Part shown: positions 1 through 14,100 of the stretch, in pieces
How the letters are laid out: every line of letters begins with the position of its first letter
Position numbering within the stretch: position 1 is the first letter of the stretch
Origin: Octopus sinensis
Lineage: Eukaryota
DNA: 64,000 bases
NCBI RefSeq assembly: GCF_006345805.1
Contig: NC_043007.1
Span: 62,062,001 to 62,126,000 of the forward strand
Direction: 5' to 3'
Position numbers and translations under genes: made by a program
The notes under the pieces: model-generated
What the model was told of the DNA's origin: nothing
The model's input: the letters and a program-made list of their open reading frames with translations, nothing else
The model's database searches: none

Positions 1-1520
1 CAGGCTCAATCTGATCTGGCAAAGTTTCTACAGCTGGATGCCCTTCCTAACACAAACCACTCCAAAAGTGTAGTGGGTACTTTTACGTGCCACTGGCACT
101 AGGGTCAGTCAGGCGGTTCTGGCAATGACCACGCTCAAAAAGTATTTTTTACGTGCTACCTGCACGGGAGCCAGTCTGGCGGCACTGACAACAACCACGC
201 TCAAATGTTGGTTTTCACATGCCACTGGCACATGTGCTGGTAGGGTGACACTGGCAACGATCATGCTCAAATGGTGCTTTTTACATGCCATCGGTATGGG
301 AGCCAATCTGTGGCCTTGGCAATGATCACACACAGATGTGCTTTTAATGTTCCACTGGCATGAGTGCCAATCAGGCAGTACTGTCATCAGCCACGTCAGT
401 GATTTTGATTTGATTTCACTTGCCCCACTAGGTCTTCGCAAGCTAAGTTTATTTCCAATGAATGAGGGGTACTCATAAGTGGGCTGGCCTGGTTACACCC
501 CACTTTCGGGTGTGCTTTTAACGTTCTACTAGCACAAGTGCCAATCAGGTGGTACTGTCATCAGCCATGTCAGCGATTTTGATTTTGGTTTCACTTGCCT
601 CAATAAGTCTTCGCAAGCAAAGTTTATTGTCCAATGAATGAGGGGTACTCATAAGTGGGTTGGTTACACCCACTGGCATAGACCATGGGCTATGGTCTCA
701 CTTGGCTTGTCAGCTCTTCTCAAGCACAGCATATCTCCAAAGGTCTCGGTCACTAGTCATTGCCTCAGTAAGGTCCAATGTTCGAAGGTCATGCTTCACC
801 ACCTCATCCCAGGTTTTCCTGGGGTCTACCTCTTCCACTGGTTCCCTAAACTACTAGGGTGTGAAACTTTTACACAGCTGTCCTCATTCATTTGCAACAT
901 ATGACCATACCAGTGCAGTCGTCTCTCTTGCACACCACATCTGATGCTTTTTAAATCAAACTTTTCTCTCAGGGCGCTTACACTCTGTCGTGTATGTACA
1001 CTGACATTACACATCCAGCAGAGCATACTGGCCTCATTCCTTGCAGGCTTACACATTCCTCAGCAGTCATGGCCCATACTCTGAGTGAGAGGCCCTTTGT
1101 CACCAGCAGAGGTAGGAGCTTTCTGAAATTTGCCCAGGCTATTCTTATTCTAGCAGCTACACTGCTGACTTGGTCCTCTAGGTAACGGAAGCTATCAACT
1201 ACTTGTAGTTTTTCTCCCTGGAATGTGATAGAAGCTGTTATCTGCACATTTTCACTGTTTATAGCACCTGAGCATTTTCCACATGCAAAAACTATCTTCC
1301 CAGTTAGCCTTCCTTTGATATTGCTGCACCTCTTATGTGTCCATAGCTTACACTGGGTACATCTTATGGAGTTTCTACCTACGCCTTTTCTACAGATCAA
1401 GCAGGGCCATCTACCTGAAGGGATTTGTAGTTTGTCTGCCTTTCTACTTATTAAGATTTTGGTTTTAGCTAGGTTGACTTTAAGGTCCTTTGACTCTAAT
1501 CCTTGCTTCCACACATGAAA
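1..1520 (-). mobile_element. RTE-clade LINE, 3' part (RT C-terminus with PHD-type Cys/His finger; 3' UTR with tandem repeats), degraded
   Basis: ORF 978-1514: LKVNLAKTK...CLICRKGVGRNSIRCTQCKLWTHKRC...CGKC...RIRIAWANFRKLLPLL; ORF 826-1056: QERRLHWYGHML. 3' UTR has ~60-bp tandem units (~85-350) and a ~180-bp duplication (~328-504 vs ~512-674). Confidence 0.85.
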
Positions 1521-2315
1521 CTTTTCCTCTAGTTCTGATAGTGACTCAGCAACAATTTTAGAATTAGCTAATTTACATTATCCTTGATGTGCTAACATAA
1601 CGTTTAGCAAAACAAGAAGCGTATTGTTAGAGAGAATGAATTCAAATCAGAATAAATGTTTACCATCTTCAGATGCTATAAAATCACTTGTGCATGCGTC
1701 TTTCTGTGGGTATCTACTAAGCACTAGACTGAGGCAGTTACAAAAAGAGAATGCAAGATAAAGAAATAGTATGAGAGAAAGAAAATGAAAGAAACTTCTG
1801 TCAAGAGAAGGGAAGAGGAGGCCAGTTAGAATTTTATCATTATGCCATCAGACTTTACGTTTTTATCCATCTGACAAACTGAGCTGGTCAAAAGGACAGA
1901 TATCTAAACATTTGTAAACAATGTCTAAACATGAGCAAACCCACCTGGGTGGAGGGGGTTGGCATTGTGGACTTTCAATGTGAAGTAAGTGGAGAAACAT
2001 AAGCTAGGAAGATGATATTTCTCTTGTATAGATCACAGAGGAAACACATTTGCTACTGAAAATAAACAAAGTGAAAACCATAACAGTCATTCTTATGAAG
2101 TTTTAAAGTTCACCAGTATGTCAAAAGTTACCCTTTTCTCAAGATGAGCTAACAAACTAGCCAGATACTTTGTACAGAGTTTCTAAACCAGAACTTCCCC
2201 AGCTAATCAAGGTTGTAATAGTCAGCCTAACATATAATATGGAATACATTTTCAGAAAAACAAAACAAAAATGATACAAATTTTAATGTCAAACTCTGTA
2301 GTAATTTAGACTCAC

Positions 2316-2441
2316 CTAAAATCTCCTTCAAGTTTTTCTTTTTTATACACGTTATACACCACTCTAGACATGATAAAGCGGTTGATGAAGCTAAAAACAA
2401 TGAAAAATCCAAACACTACCAAAGGACCAATATAACCACTT
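2316..2441 (-). CDS. ABCD4: ABCD4 exon 6 (126 bp)
   Basis: ttttgcag|A AGT GGT...GAT TTT AG|gtgagt; [41 protein letters not shown](R). Confidence 0.95.
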
Positions 2442-2819
2442 CTGCAAAATAACAATTAAATGAATACATAAACAACTAAATAAAAATCAACATAAAAGGT
2501 TTTTTTTCTTAAATCAGATTTTTCCTTAACACAGATTTTTCCGGTATTTAAATAAAACAAAACATCATCTTCATTAAACAAAGAATAACTGTTTAATTGA
2601 ATGAAGTACAAAATATATAAAATTATAGTTTCTTAAAAATAATATTACTACACATATACCTAAATAGCAATAACTTGAGTTTACCAATACCATCATCATT
2701 TTAATGTCCATTTTTCCTGCTTGCATGGAGCATATGTTTCTGCCAAACTGTCATTTATAAGAGCATGTGACCACTAGTATGTGTATATGTATAGGAGTGT
2801 ATGTGGGTGTGTGTGTATC

Positions 2820-2867
<48 letters not shown>

Positions 2868-3259
2868 TGGACAAACATAGCAGCTGTTCATATGTGACTT
2901 GTGGAATGATAGCCAATAAGCGCTATTGAAATTGGACTTTCCATTAAGATTTTGATTTCACTGTGACATCTTTTACCTATGTGTAAAATTTCAGCATGAT
3001 CAGTTGAAAAATACACCTGTTATAATCTTTTACACACATACATATACACAGAGACAGCACGGAGTTTTGTCAGTGAACAGGTCGTGGTCTCAAAACGCCG
3101 AAAATATTTTGACAAATTAAATTTAAATATTGAAGTGAATCTAACGGTTTTTGTGTGTTTCTTAAATGGCTTATAAACACCTTCCATGCTGCAACTGTTT
3201 TCGTTCCAGCACACGATCTCAGATCAGGTCACTTGCTATGCAAGTACATCTCCCTATAT

Positions 3260-3309
<50 letters not shown>

Positions 3310-3652
3310 TTTTATTAAAGTTGCAAAATTATCACAAAACTGTAAATTTGCAGCTTTATTAAAAGCATATTATTCTTTTGATTTTTAAGTACTATTTTTT
3401 CCACCTTGCTTTGCACCTAAGTGCTCATCTAATCTCTGTGTGTGTACAGCATGAGTGGCTAAGTGATAAGAAGCTTGCTTCCCAACCACATGGTTCCAAG
3501 TTCAGTCCCACTGCATGGCAACTTGGCCAAGTTTCTTTCTCTATATACTCAGGCCTACCAAACCCTTGTGAGTGGATTTGGTAGACAGAAACTGAAAGAA
3601 GCCCATTGTATCGGTTGTCAAGCGATGTTGGGGGACAAACATATACACACAC

Positions 3653-3685
<33 letters not shown>

Positions 3686-4863
3686 CACATATATATACAT
3701 ATATACGACGAGCGTCTTTCAGTTTCTGTCTACCAAATCCACTCACAAGGCTTTGCTCAGGTCAAGGCTATAGTAGAAGACACTTGCCCAAGGTGCCACG
3801 TAATGGGAATGAACCCGGAACCATGTAGTTCGTAAGCAAGCTACTTACCACACAGTCACTCCTGCGCCTATATATTGATTTCAAATTTTGGCACTAGGCC
3901 AGCAGTTATGGGGAAGGTTTAAGTCAATTGCGTTGACCCCCAGTGTTCAACTGGTTCTTATTTTATCAATGCTGAAAGGATGAAAGGCAAAGTTGATCCC
4001 AGCAAAATTTGAACTCAGAATGTAAAGATGTCACTTAGCATTTTGCCCAAGGTGCTAAGGATCCCCAAAACAACAACCAAAGACAAATATCCATGCCAAA
4101 AAAAAGCTATGCTTTGTGTTTGGTGGGATCATAAAGGCATTATTTAATATGAGCTTCTCCCACAAAACCAGACCATTAATTCTGATGTGTACTGTCGTCA
4201 GTTGGCTAATTAGAACCAAAAATTAAAGAATTGAGGCTGGAGATTGCCAACAAGAAAGGGGTAGTATTCCAACAAGACAATGCCCAACCACGTGTCTTTG
4301 GCTACCCAAACAAAGTTACATGAACTTGGCTGGGATATCTTACCCTATCCACCATATTCTCATGATATTGTGCCTTCCAACTACCACTTGTTTTGTCTCG
4401 ACAGAAATCATTGCAAAGAAAAACATTTAATGATTTAGATGGAGTCAAAATGCATCTAGATAACAATTTTTCTTCAAAACCAGTCAAATTTTATGCTGAT
4501 GGAATATTTAAATTGCCTGATAGATGGGCAAAGGTCATTAATGATAATGGAAATTATTTCATTAAATAAAATTCATTGAAAGGTCAATTATTTATATCTC
4601 TTTTTGTATATTAAAAAATGCTCAGAACTTTCCAGACAACCTAATATTATATGCAGTGGATTGGTAGAACTGTTAGTTTATTTTTTCTGGTACTTTACAT
4701 TTTCAGTTCAAATCCTGTTGCAGACAACTTTGCCTTTCATCCTTTTGTGATCGATAAAATAAAGTACCAGTCAAATAATGGAGTCGATGCAACAAACTAG
4801 CATCCTGCCTTCAAAAATACCGATCTTATGCTTAAATTAGAAACAGTTGTATCATATACATGC

Positions 4864-4901
<38 letters not shown>

Positions 4902-7900
4902 CTTTCTATACTTACGTTCACTTGTTGATTGCAAACAGTGATTTCACTAACAGTTCCTTTTACATGCAGTTCATCATGAAAGCCAGTCTAGATGTTTTGA
5001 CACATCTTGACATGTGACACAAACTTTCTAAACAAAAAAAAATCTTGTCCTTAAGGACAAATTTATTTCCAGTTCGCCATGACTGTGCAATATGGAGACA
5101 TTTCAGGAAATTCAGACACAGAAGACAGCAAGCAACTGACAACTCTGTTAGTGATGGCATTGTTTACAAACAAGCAAAGACAAGTGGAAATACAATCTAA
5201 TATATATACACAGAATATATATATATATTCTTTTGTGCGTTTCAGGCCAAAGGCAATGGCCATGCTGGGACACCACCAATGTTATCACCTTTTCAATGGC
5301 CATTCTTTTGTGATTGGCTTTTAGTGAAGGTGTGAGTTTGATATTTCTGCCCTCTTTTAAGTTCATTGCCATGATGTTAGGTTCATCTGGGACCTTGGAT
5401 AGTAGGAGGTCAAGTTGATTCTTGAAAACATCTACCCCTACTCCATGTAGACCTCTCAGATGTTTTGGCAAAGCATTAAATGGCTGTGGACACTTGAATC
5501 CCAAGCTACTGCAGCACATGGTCCTCACTCTGGATAGGATAGCTGGGACTTTTGGAATAGTGCAGTGATGTCCAGTTTGATGGTTGGTATAACCCTCAAT
5601 GCTTAAGTTTGATGCTAACCCCTCCAGGATCTACCATATGTATATTACTGTATATCTCTCTTTCCTTCATTCCAGGGAGTAGAGTTGTAGCTCTTTCAGT
5701 CTCTCCCAGTAACTCAGCTGTTCCATTAAAGCAATCCACGTAGCACCACTGAACTGCCTCAAGTTCTGCTATTAATTTGAAATTACAGGATGCCAACAGC
5801 TGACAGCAGTAGCCCAGATAGCTGAGAACAAATATTCTCCATAGAACCAGCATAGTTTTTCTCATTCCTTTTTCTGGAAGTTCTCAGAATCCCTTCAGCC
5901 ATTTGCCTGCACATTGCTAACATTGCGGCAGAATGCACATAAAACAAGGTGTTATTGCTTATATCAATCCTCAGATCATGCACTGTGCTCAACTCTGAAA
6001 GTGCCACTCCTTTTGGTCCAAAGTATCTTTGTTGCAACATGTTAGCACAAGCTAGCTGATAGTGGAGGGCTTTGAATTTTGCTACATTAAATTGCATGTG
6101 ATTTTCTTCAGCCAATTTATAAAAGGCATATAGAAGATAAGTATCGAAAGGTTCTTTGACTACTCTTTTCACAGAGGCTTTTGAGTTCACTTTCAATCAC
6201 AAGCAAGTTTGTTTGAGATAGGACTACAACATCAAATGGGAAATCCTTTCCAAAACCAAACCCTATATTAATGGGTTAAAAAGATGTTTGATATGTTCCC
6301 AGGGAAAACTACCTTTTAAAGAACTTAAGAACCTCCAGTGACCATGTAAATTCAAAGAGCAAGATTCTTTCATATGTCCTCATTTTAAAACATAAATTTT
6401 AGTGGCAATTAAAGATAGACCACCAGACACATCATAAACAATTCCAGTCTGGTTTACATAATTTTGATAAGCATAATGTTTGTTGTAACATTCATTATCA
6501 CTTTTGTGTATTTCTTGTTTTTTTTTTGTCTTTATCTTTTTCTATATGAGCATTTCTATTCAAATGTCAACCACTTATCAGCATGGGAAATGATGAAATA
6601 AATTAATATTTCAACCAGGAAACTCTGGTTAGCTGTATTTCACAAGACTAGTGGTTTTATTACAATAACATCTTTACTCCCTTAGCTGATCAAGTGCTAC
6701 ACGAGTTGTTGAAGCCTTATCACACAGTGTGTGCGTGTGTACATGCATGTGTATCATCATCATCATTTAACATCCATTGTCCATGCTGGCATGGGGTGGA
6801 CAGTTTGACTGGGCTGGCATGGAAAGCTGCACCAGACTCCAGTGTGTATGTGTGTGTATATATATATATATATATAAAGTTATAGATAATGGTCATTACA
6901 TATTTTTCCTTTATTAGAGAAAATTTGGCTTACAGCTATTTCCAGTAGTCATTATAGGTACATCACTGATAGGTTTACTAAGTCATAAAGTCTATTGATC
7001 AACTGAGAAAAATTGAACAACCTAAAAAAATTATCTATAACTTGTCTTATATGTCACTGTGTAAAATCTAGTTTGTCTGGAGCCCAACCACAGAGTTACA
7101 ATATTGAACTGTGATCAACTATATTCACTTAATAAATTTATTATAAGTCACCCAGTTGCAATCTAGAAATTATGGTTAAATAATGAATTATTATTATTAT
7201 AATTTTTTATTTTAAAAACTATAGTTATGTATATATAATATTTTCATTACATATTTGTGCGCGTGTGTGTTAATGTGTCAAAAGCTACAAGACAATGATG
7301 AACCAAACCTGTTAACTAATTATCATAGCTGAATATTACATCATCAATATTTGTGCACAATATATTTGTTTACATAATAGTGTGAACAGATATACACAAG
7401 CTTAATTGAGGAAAGTACTAATGTTAACAAACCAAAATTAATGAAATAAATAAAAATTAAAACCATTATTGAATTAGTATGTAGTATTTTTAACTTAAGA
7501 TTACCAATTATTTTTTAAAATATATAAATCACAGATTCTTAACATACATACTTAAATTAAAATCCTTTTAACCTTTATATAACACAGTTATCTTTATATA
7601 ATGCAGTTACCAGTTTTAGTAAATTTATTTGGGACTTAAAGGACAAGAATAAAATGGTTACTCTGAAGTGGGAATTAATAAGCAGGGGTAGTGCCTATAA
7701 AATTGGCAACACCTTTTGTTTTCAAACAACACATCAGAATGTAGTTCGTTTCTATCAAAATCTTCTCTTGATGAAATACCCAATTAACAATATTCGATAT
7801 GGAAATTTAATCTAATTTAATTTAATTTCTCAAATTGATTTAATTGGGCATGGAAACAATTGTAGGTGAAATGGAGTATGATATTGTTCAGAATTGTATT

Positions 7901-8097
7901 ATGTTCTAATAAATTGATGTCTATATGTCAGTTTCTCCATTTTCTTTTCTCATATATAAAAAAAAAATAGTAAACCTATATCCGTCAATGTGAAGCTAAC
8001 ATCTTTAGTTTTTCACTGATACACTGGATAAAACAGAAGAACTTGGAGGCTGACATCTCTTTAAGAGGATTTATATCCTTGATTTAGTTATATATAT

Positions 8098-8147
<50 letters not shown>

Positions 8148-11100
8148 ACACACATGCTTTCACACATACATGTGCACACACACATACACATATATGCCAT
8201 GTTTCTGTCAACCAAATCCATTCACAAGGCTTCTGACAGTCTGGAAATGTAGTAGAAGACACTTTCCCAAGATGCCACACAGTGGAACTGAACATGAACC
8301 AACATGGTTGGGAAGGGAAAGAAGCATAAGAGACCTAGACAGATCTATATATTTTATGTGGTATTGACAGTTGAACAAATACTTACATTACAATAGTTTG
8401 GTAGACATAATAAACAATAATGAAAGGAGCAAGGATAATTGGTGCAAATATTTGGCTGAAAGTATCACACATGTTATTCAAGTCCTCAGCTATACGTTGG
8501 TCTCTGAACAAAAACATAAAAATATGCATTATCAATATATTATCATATGGAATTGAATTTATGCGATCATTAGGTGAAACAAACATCAGAAATGCTTTGT
8601 CCCACACAGAAATTACAAAAGCTACTTAGAAGTTTTTCAAGCGATTTTACAAGAAGATGCTGAAAAGTTCCTGGCTTTAAGGATATCATGAAAGGTCTGG
8701 TTGGAGACCCAACTTTCCAAGTTCTTTTACAGGGCTTAGAAAAAACTGAAGAACTGCTGCAATAAGTGTGTGAATCTGAGAGGGGAATATGTTGCATGAA
8801 ATCATAATTAACTGATCCTCCTGAATTTTATTTTAGCCAATGCCAGGAACTGTTCAGCATCCCCTCATAAATCCATCACAATACTGGAAACCTTTTCATA
8901 TCATCAGTAGGTATCTCTGAGTCACAAGCATTTTGTCCTTTAGACTATACACTTTGCTTGAGTGGAGCAGCAAGGACTGAGATAGTCTTCACCAATGGAA
9001 AGGTTGTACCTGCAGTCTCACCTTAAGTCAGTTTCAGCTGCTTGATAACTTTTTTCAGTTGTCTGGGTTCCAGACCTATCTTCTGCAGGAAATAATACAC
9101 TGTTCTAGCTGCAAAGCCACAGCAACTAACTTCAATGGGGAATGAGGCCACATGCCATCCCTTAACAAAGGACCAAGTCCTGGTATTTTGTTTTCTTTAC
9201 CTGGTGGGAAATATCAAGTCTATCTTCCCAGGGTATTGTGAGTTCAACTACAATGACTGTTTTTGTATTCCTGGAGTGCAGGAACATATCTGGTTAGAGT
9301 GATGTTACCACTATCTCCTCTGGGAAGACAAGTCTGCCCTTCAGATCCACTTGCATCTCCTAGCCTGAGGGTGAATGCAAAATAAATAAAAAAACAGGTA
9401 CCATACCATTGCTTTTGCCTGGAGAGTTTTCTTACCTTCCTTAAGGAATTTGATACCCTTTGGGGGAGACTGGTGTTTATTAGCCTTCAACCTTTGCAGA
9501 TTAATTCATAAGGTAATTTCTCCAAGGATCTTGTCATATCACCACTTGTATTGGCTTTCTTTTAGTACATCTAGTCCAGGGTGCAAAGAGTTGCTCTGTA
9601 CAGCTTGCAGGATAAGTCTTTTTCTTTGCCCCATATTTTAAGGTTATCTGAATTCAGCTAGAGGTCAGTGGCAGTGCAAAGGAGGAAGGACAATCTACCC
9701 TGGTCAATACTTCCAGGATAGGGGGCACTTGAGTGCCTCATCCCACAGTATCCATTGACCCTGGTAGGCAAGTCCTACAGCTTTCACCCAGAGATCCTTC
9801 TCTGTTGAATCAGAGATCCTTTGTACTATGAGCTCTCTCTTGCACCTGGTATTGGTATTTTTCCACTCTTGGTGCTGTGATTTCCAAGACCTAGCCATCC
9901 TTGACAGATAACTCTAACATTCTGATGTTTCTAGTATGTCTCTGTTTCCCTCACACCTTCCTGAGGTTTCCATTTTCTGCCACACTTTGTGGTCTTGTTG
10001 GAGTGTCTAACTTTAATTTTACCAACAATGATAATATCTTCTCAATACCACAGATTTGCTTGTCAGTTGCTTGACCATAACCAGTTGAGCATGTCCCTTG
10101 GTGGCTGATGATATGTGCATCTCTGATTACAAGCAGAAGCAGTTGGGGAGTATCATAGCCATGTGTTGAGAGGAATTCTTTGGAGTTTGGATAATTCCCC
10201 TCTTGAAATATGGGTGTTTCATTCAACATCTTTAAACAACCCTTATTCAGGGACTTTTTGAGCAGGATGGGCTTCTCAGCCTGAAGAAAATTCTAACTGG
10301 GCCCCACCTGCAAGGTCATGCACTGTTTATCTTGATATTAGCTTACCATGTCGCACACACATAGTTGTGATGCATGTGCCTGGTGTACCCTTAACAGACG
10401 GGTAGTCATGATGGGTATATTGGGCTTTGTATATATGTACCCCAGTGTTACTTTGATGGCATGCATTGCTCTTTCACATAATGATAATAATGATAGTATT
10501 CATCATCACCATCATCAATAACTCCATTACAATTATCAACCAGAAAAAGCTATTTTTCAAATATCAAACAGAATGTTTCAGAGAATGTTCCAACTCTCAG
10601 CAATCTGAATTCAATCCCTTTAAGGGCAATCAACTTCATTCTCCATCCTTTAGGGGTCAATAAAAAAGTACTAAACCAAAGCAATGGGTTGGCAGAATAG
10701 TAAGAACATTAGACCAGAAGCCTTGCTGCATTTGTTCCAGCATTTTGTGTTCTGCATTCAAATTCAACCAGGGGTTACTCAGATGTTGACTTAACCTGTC
10801 AACTGGTTTAACACCACCACTAGGTACTTAGGATATCTGTAGTGGGGTCCATTCTGTTGCATGTACACAAGCTAGTTACCAGATTGAGGATATCTTCTTC
10901 CCTCCCTCTTAGAAGCCTTGTTATTGATCATAAGTATTGCCTTCCCTTTTGACTAAAAGATACGAAACAAAATCCATAACTCAAAACTACATAAAGCAAA
11001 GGACTTACGGATTGTCAATGTCTCTACAGAACATATTGACATAGTAGTAAAGCACATCTTTGAAATATTCTTTATGGAGAGTCAATGTCAAATGTTCACG

Positions 11101-14100
11101 CCATTGTATATGTAACATGGAGACAGTGTAACGAAGTGTGCTACTTATCTGAAATGAAAAACGAAAATGGTCATTACTTGGGTGAATTTAAAGAGACATA
11201 AGCTACAACACAGCTCAAATGCAACATTCTAAAAGCAAGAATAATTCACCAGTAACATTCATCCCGTTTATTTTAAGCCCTTTGTCACTATATTTCTATT
11301 GAAATATATCCACTTTGTTCCAATGAATTTTGAAAATAATAAAGAATTTAGTAAAATAACTGTTATTATTAAGCTGGCGTTTGGAACATAAAATAACAAG
11401 AAATTTTGATGAAAGGTTTTAATTTAGATCACTTTAAGACAAGAAATTCGTTTCAGGTGTGTTTATATCAAAAGGGTTAAAATAAAGGATAGAAAAATAT
11501 TAAATAGAACAAGTATAAAAGCAGTGTGGTTAAGTTGATTTTGTAATCATGCTTGAACCTACAGTGTGGTAGGCACATTGAGAAAATGTTCTATGACAGC
11601 ATTGAATCTTATAAGCGGGATTTAGTAAGTGAAAACTGTGCAAGAGCCTGTCATAAGAAATGGAGCTGTTTGCTCTGGTTTTAAAAAAAATGGCTTTTGT
11701 TTATGCTGCATCTTTTTATGTTCCTTAACTTAATAGTTTAACTAATAAAGACCAATAAAATATCAATTCTATATTTAAGAGATGAGGAATTATGTACATT
11801 ATTTACATTTGATGGATATTTGTCCTCATCTTGTTTGTTGTTAACACAACGTTTTGGCTGATATGTAACATGGAGACTTCACCAGGTGTCTTGGGGAAAT
11901 TTCGAACCTGGGTTCTCATTCCTAAGGTATTTTTTGATGTAATTATTATTATTATTATTACAACAACAACAACATCGAAAAATACCTTAGGAATGAGAAC
12001 CCAGGTTCAAAATTTCTCCAAGATACCTGATAAAAGCTGGAGGGTATATCAGCCGAAACGTTGTGTTAACAACAAACAAGATGAGGACAAATATCCATCA
12101 AATGTAAATAAAATGAATAAAATATCAAGCTGAAAGAAATTCTGGGGTCCATAGAATCACTATGAATGCAGTGATCTAGCATTACCACAATGACTGAAAC
12201 TGGTAAAAGAATAAAAGAATGCATATTCTTTAATTCTTTTACTGGTTTCAGGTATTTGATTGTGACCACGCTACAGTACCCACTTCAAAAGTGCTGTTGT
12301 TATCGTCGATTTTGTATTTATCGACTGGTACATGAACTATTGACATTAAATGGATGAAAGGTAGAATGAACCTGGGTTGGACTTGAATTCTTAAAGTAAA
12401 AGAATGTAAGTTTATCAATACATCGCATCTTGTGATGTACCAGGAGACATTTTAATGTTACCCAGGGTCATTAGACACTTTGGATCTTTCAGCAATCAAG
12501 CATATTGATCAAACCCTAAGTTATGTCCAGTTAGTATTACCCCTGGTAGCATTATTCCTGTTAGCACTACCCCAGGTACTACTCTATCCATGGCACCCAA
12601 CTGCTGCTTCACAGCTGCTTTGTAACAACCTCTGCAGCCTCTATAGCCAACCTGATATCTTCTGCCTCCTGGCTCCTGTGATGTTCAGCATGTTGTAGGC
12701 TTTGCAGAGGCAGGGCACACAAACTCATTACATCCCACCTCAATGGTATCACACCTTGCTTGCCACCTAATGTTTCAATGTAACTCCACCAGCTCAGCAT
12801 ATTTAGGTTCCTTCTTCACATTTGCCTCCTCAAATGGAGGGTTCTAATAAAACCACATACTTGGATGCTTCCAAGATCAACACCATGTCTAGCCTTAGTG
12901 ATGCTGAAGCAACATTCTCTTGAAAAGTCACATGCTCTCCTAGGTCAAATTTCAGCTCCCACTTTTGTGTAGTTGCTAGCAAGCCAGGAGAGATGGTCAT
13001 AGCAGGTGATAGAAGCTTCATGCAAGCTTTGACAAAGAGATAATCTTGTTTGTTAGGTAGAGGCACCTACAACGGCTAATCTCACTGTAGAGGCACATAC
13101 AATGGCTAATCTCACTGCAAGTGGTATCTGTTATATCCTTCAGGACCTGGTCATGGCACCAGCACTAGTGCACCTTGGATGGCTGCTAAAGATCCCTCTC
13201 CTCATGTACTGATATCAAACTGGTGACTCTACCTTTCCCCAGCAGAAAATGTTGAATAGACACAGTAAAAGGTCTAAAACTGCTTGAACCAAAATTTATC
13301 TGATGGTGCTCCACTTTCCAAAGTCCAAGACATGAGACTCTGCATATTACCACTTGCTCTCCACTTAGCCAGGTTCCCTTCTCCTGCATCCCAACAGACT
13401 TACTTATTCATTCTGCCTTGGAATATAATGCGATATTTTTGCTGATACTTTGCCAATTCTGCCATCTGAACCATACACACACACACACGCGCGCGCACAC
13501 ACTAGTTTTAATGTCAGATACCATTCCTGTCACCAGCCCCCACCTGTTTCCAAGCAAGATAATATTTCCCCATGACCAGACATGTTTATGCAGAATATTG
13601 GAAATCACACACACAACAGGTTCTTTTCAGTTTCTGTCTACCAAAACCACTATACATGTTGTTGTATTTTCTATATTTCTCACCAATAACTTTGGTCAGC
13701 CTGAGGCTAAAGTAGAAGACACTGGCCTAAGGTGCTGCTCAGTGGGACTGAACCCAAAACCATGTGGTTAAGAAGCAAACTTCTCAACTACACAGTCATA
13801 TTTGTACTTAAAAACTCAAAGGCTGCTTGTAAGACATGAGCCTACATCTTCTGTAAACATGGCAAACATTCTACCCATATACCAATATAACCTAATATAC
13901 ATACACATGGTTTAGAATTAATCATGTTGTTACGGTATTGGATAAGCTACCTTTCAGATTCAGCATAGGTGCCATTTACATGACAATGGTAACAGCCACA
14001 ACTACAATTTCAAGGGTACCATTTACATGATACTGGCAACAGCCATTATTCAAGCCAAATGAAATTGTAGTTGTGGCTGGAGCCAGAGTCATGTAAATAG

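Noticed and set aside
85-350. Regular ~60-bp repeats as a CRISPR-like array
   Set aside because: Units are diverged along their whole length with no unique spacers, lie in a LINE 3' UTR, and the context is eukaryotic.
1663-1731. Exon-like open segment (LVLSRYPQKDACTSDFIASED) downstream of ABCD4 exon 6
   Set aside because: No similarity to the expected FKHMQIRVNAE; weak donor (GTAAAC). Exon 7 probably lies left of the window.
3061-3110. Possible hammerhead in a Penelope-like relic
   Set aside because: Core elements could not be placed in the correct order on either strand.
3155-3828. ORF-track entries rich in YI/HT/CV repeats (also 21133-21667, 45207-45449, 53747-54326)
   Set aside because: Translations of microsatellites and SINEs; only 21501-21619 within them is a real exon.
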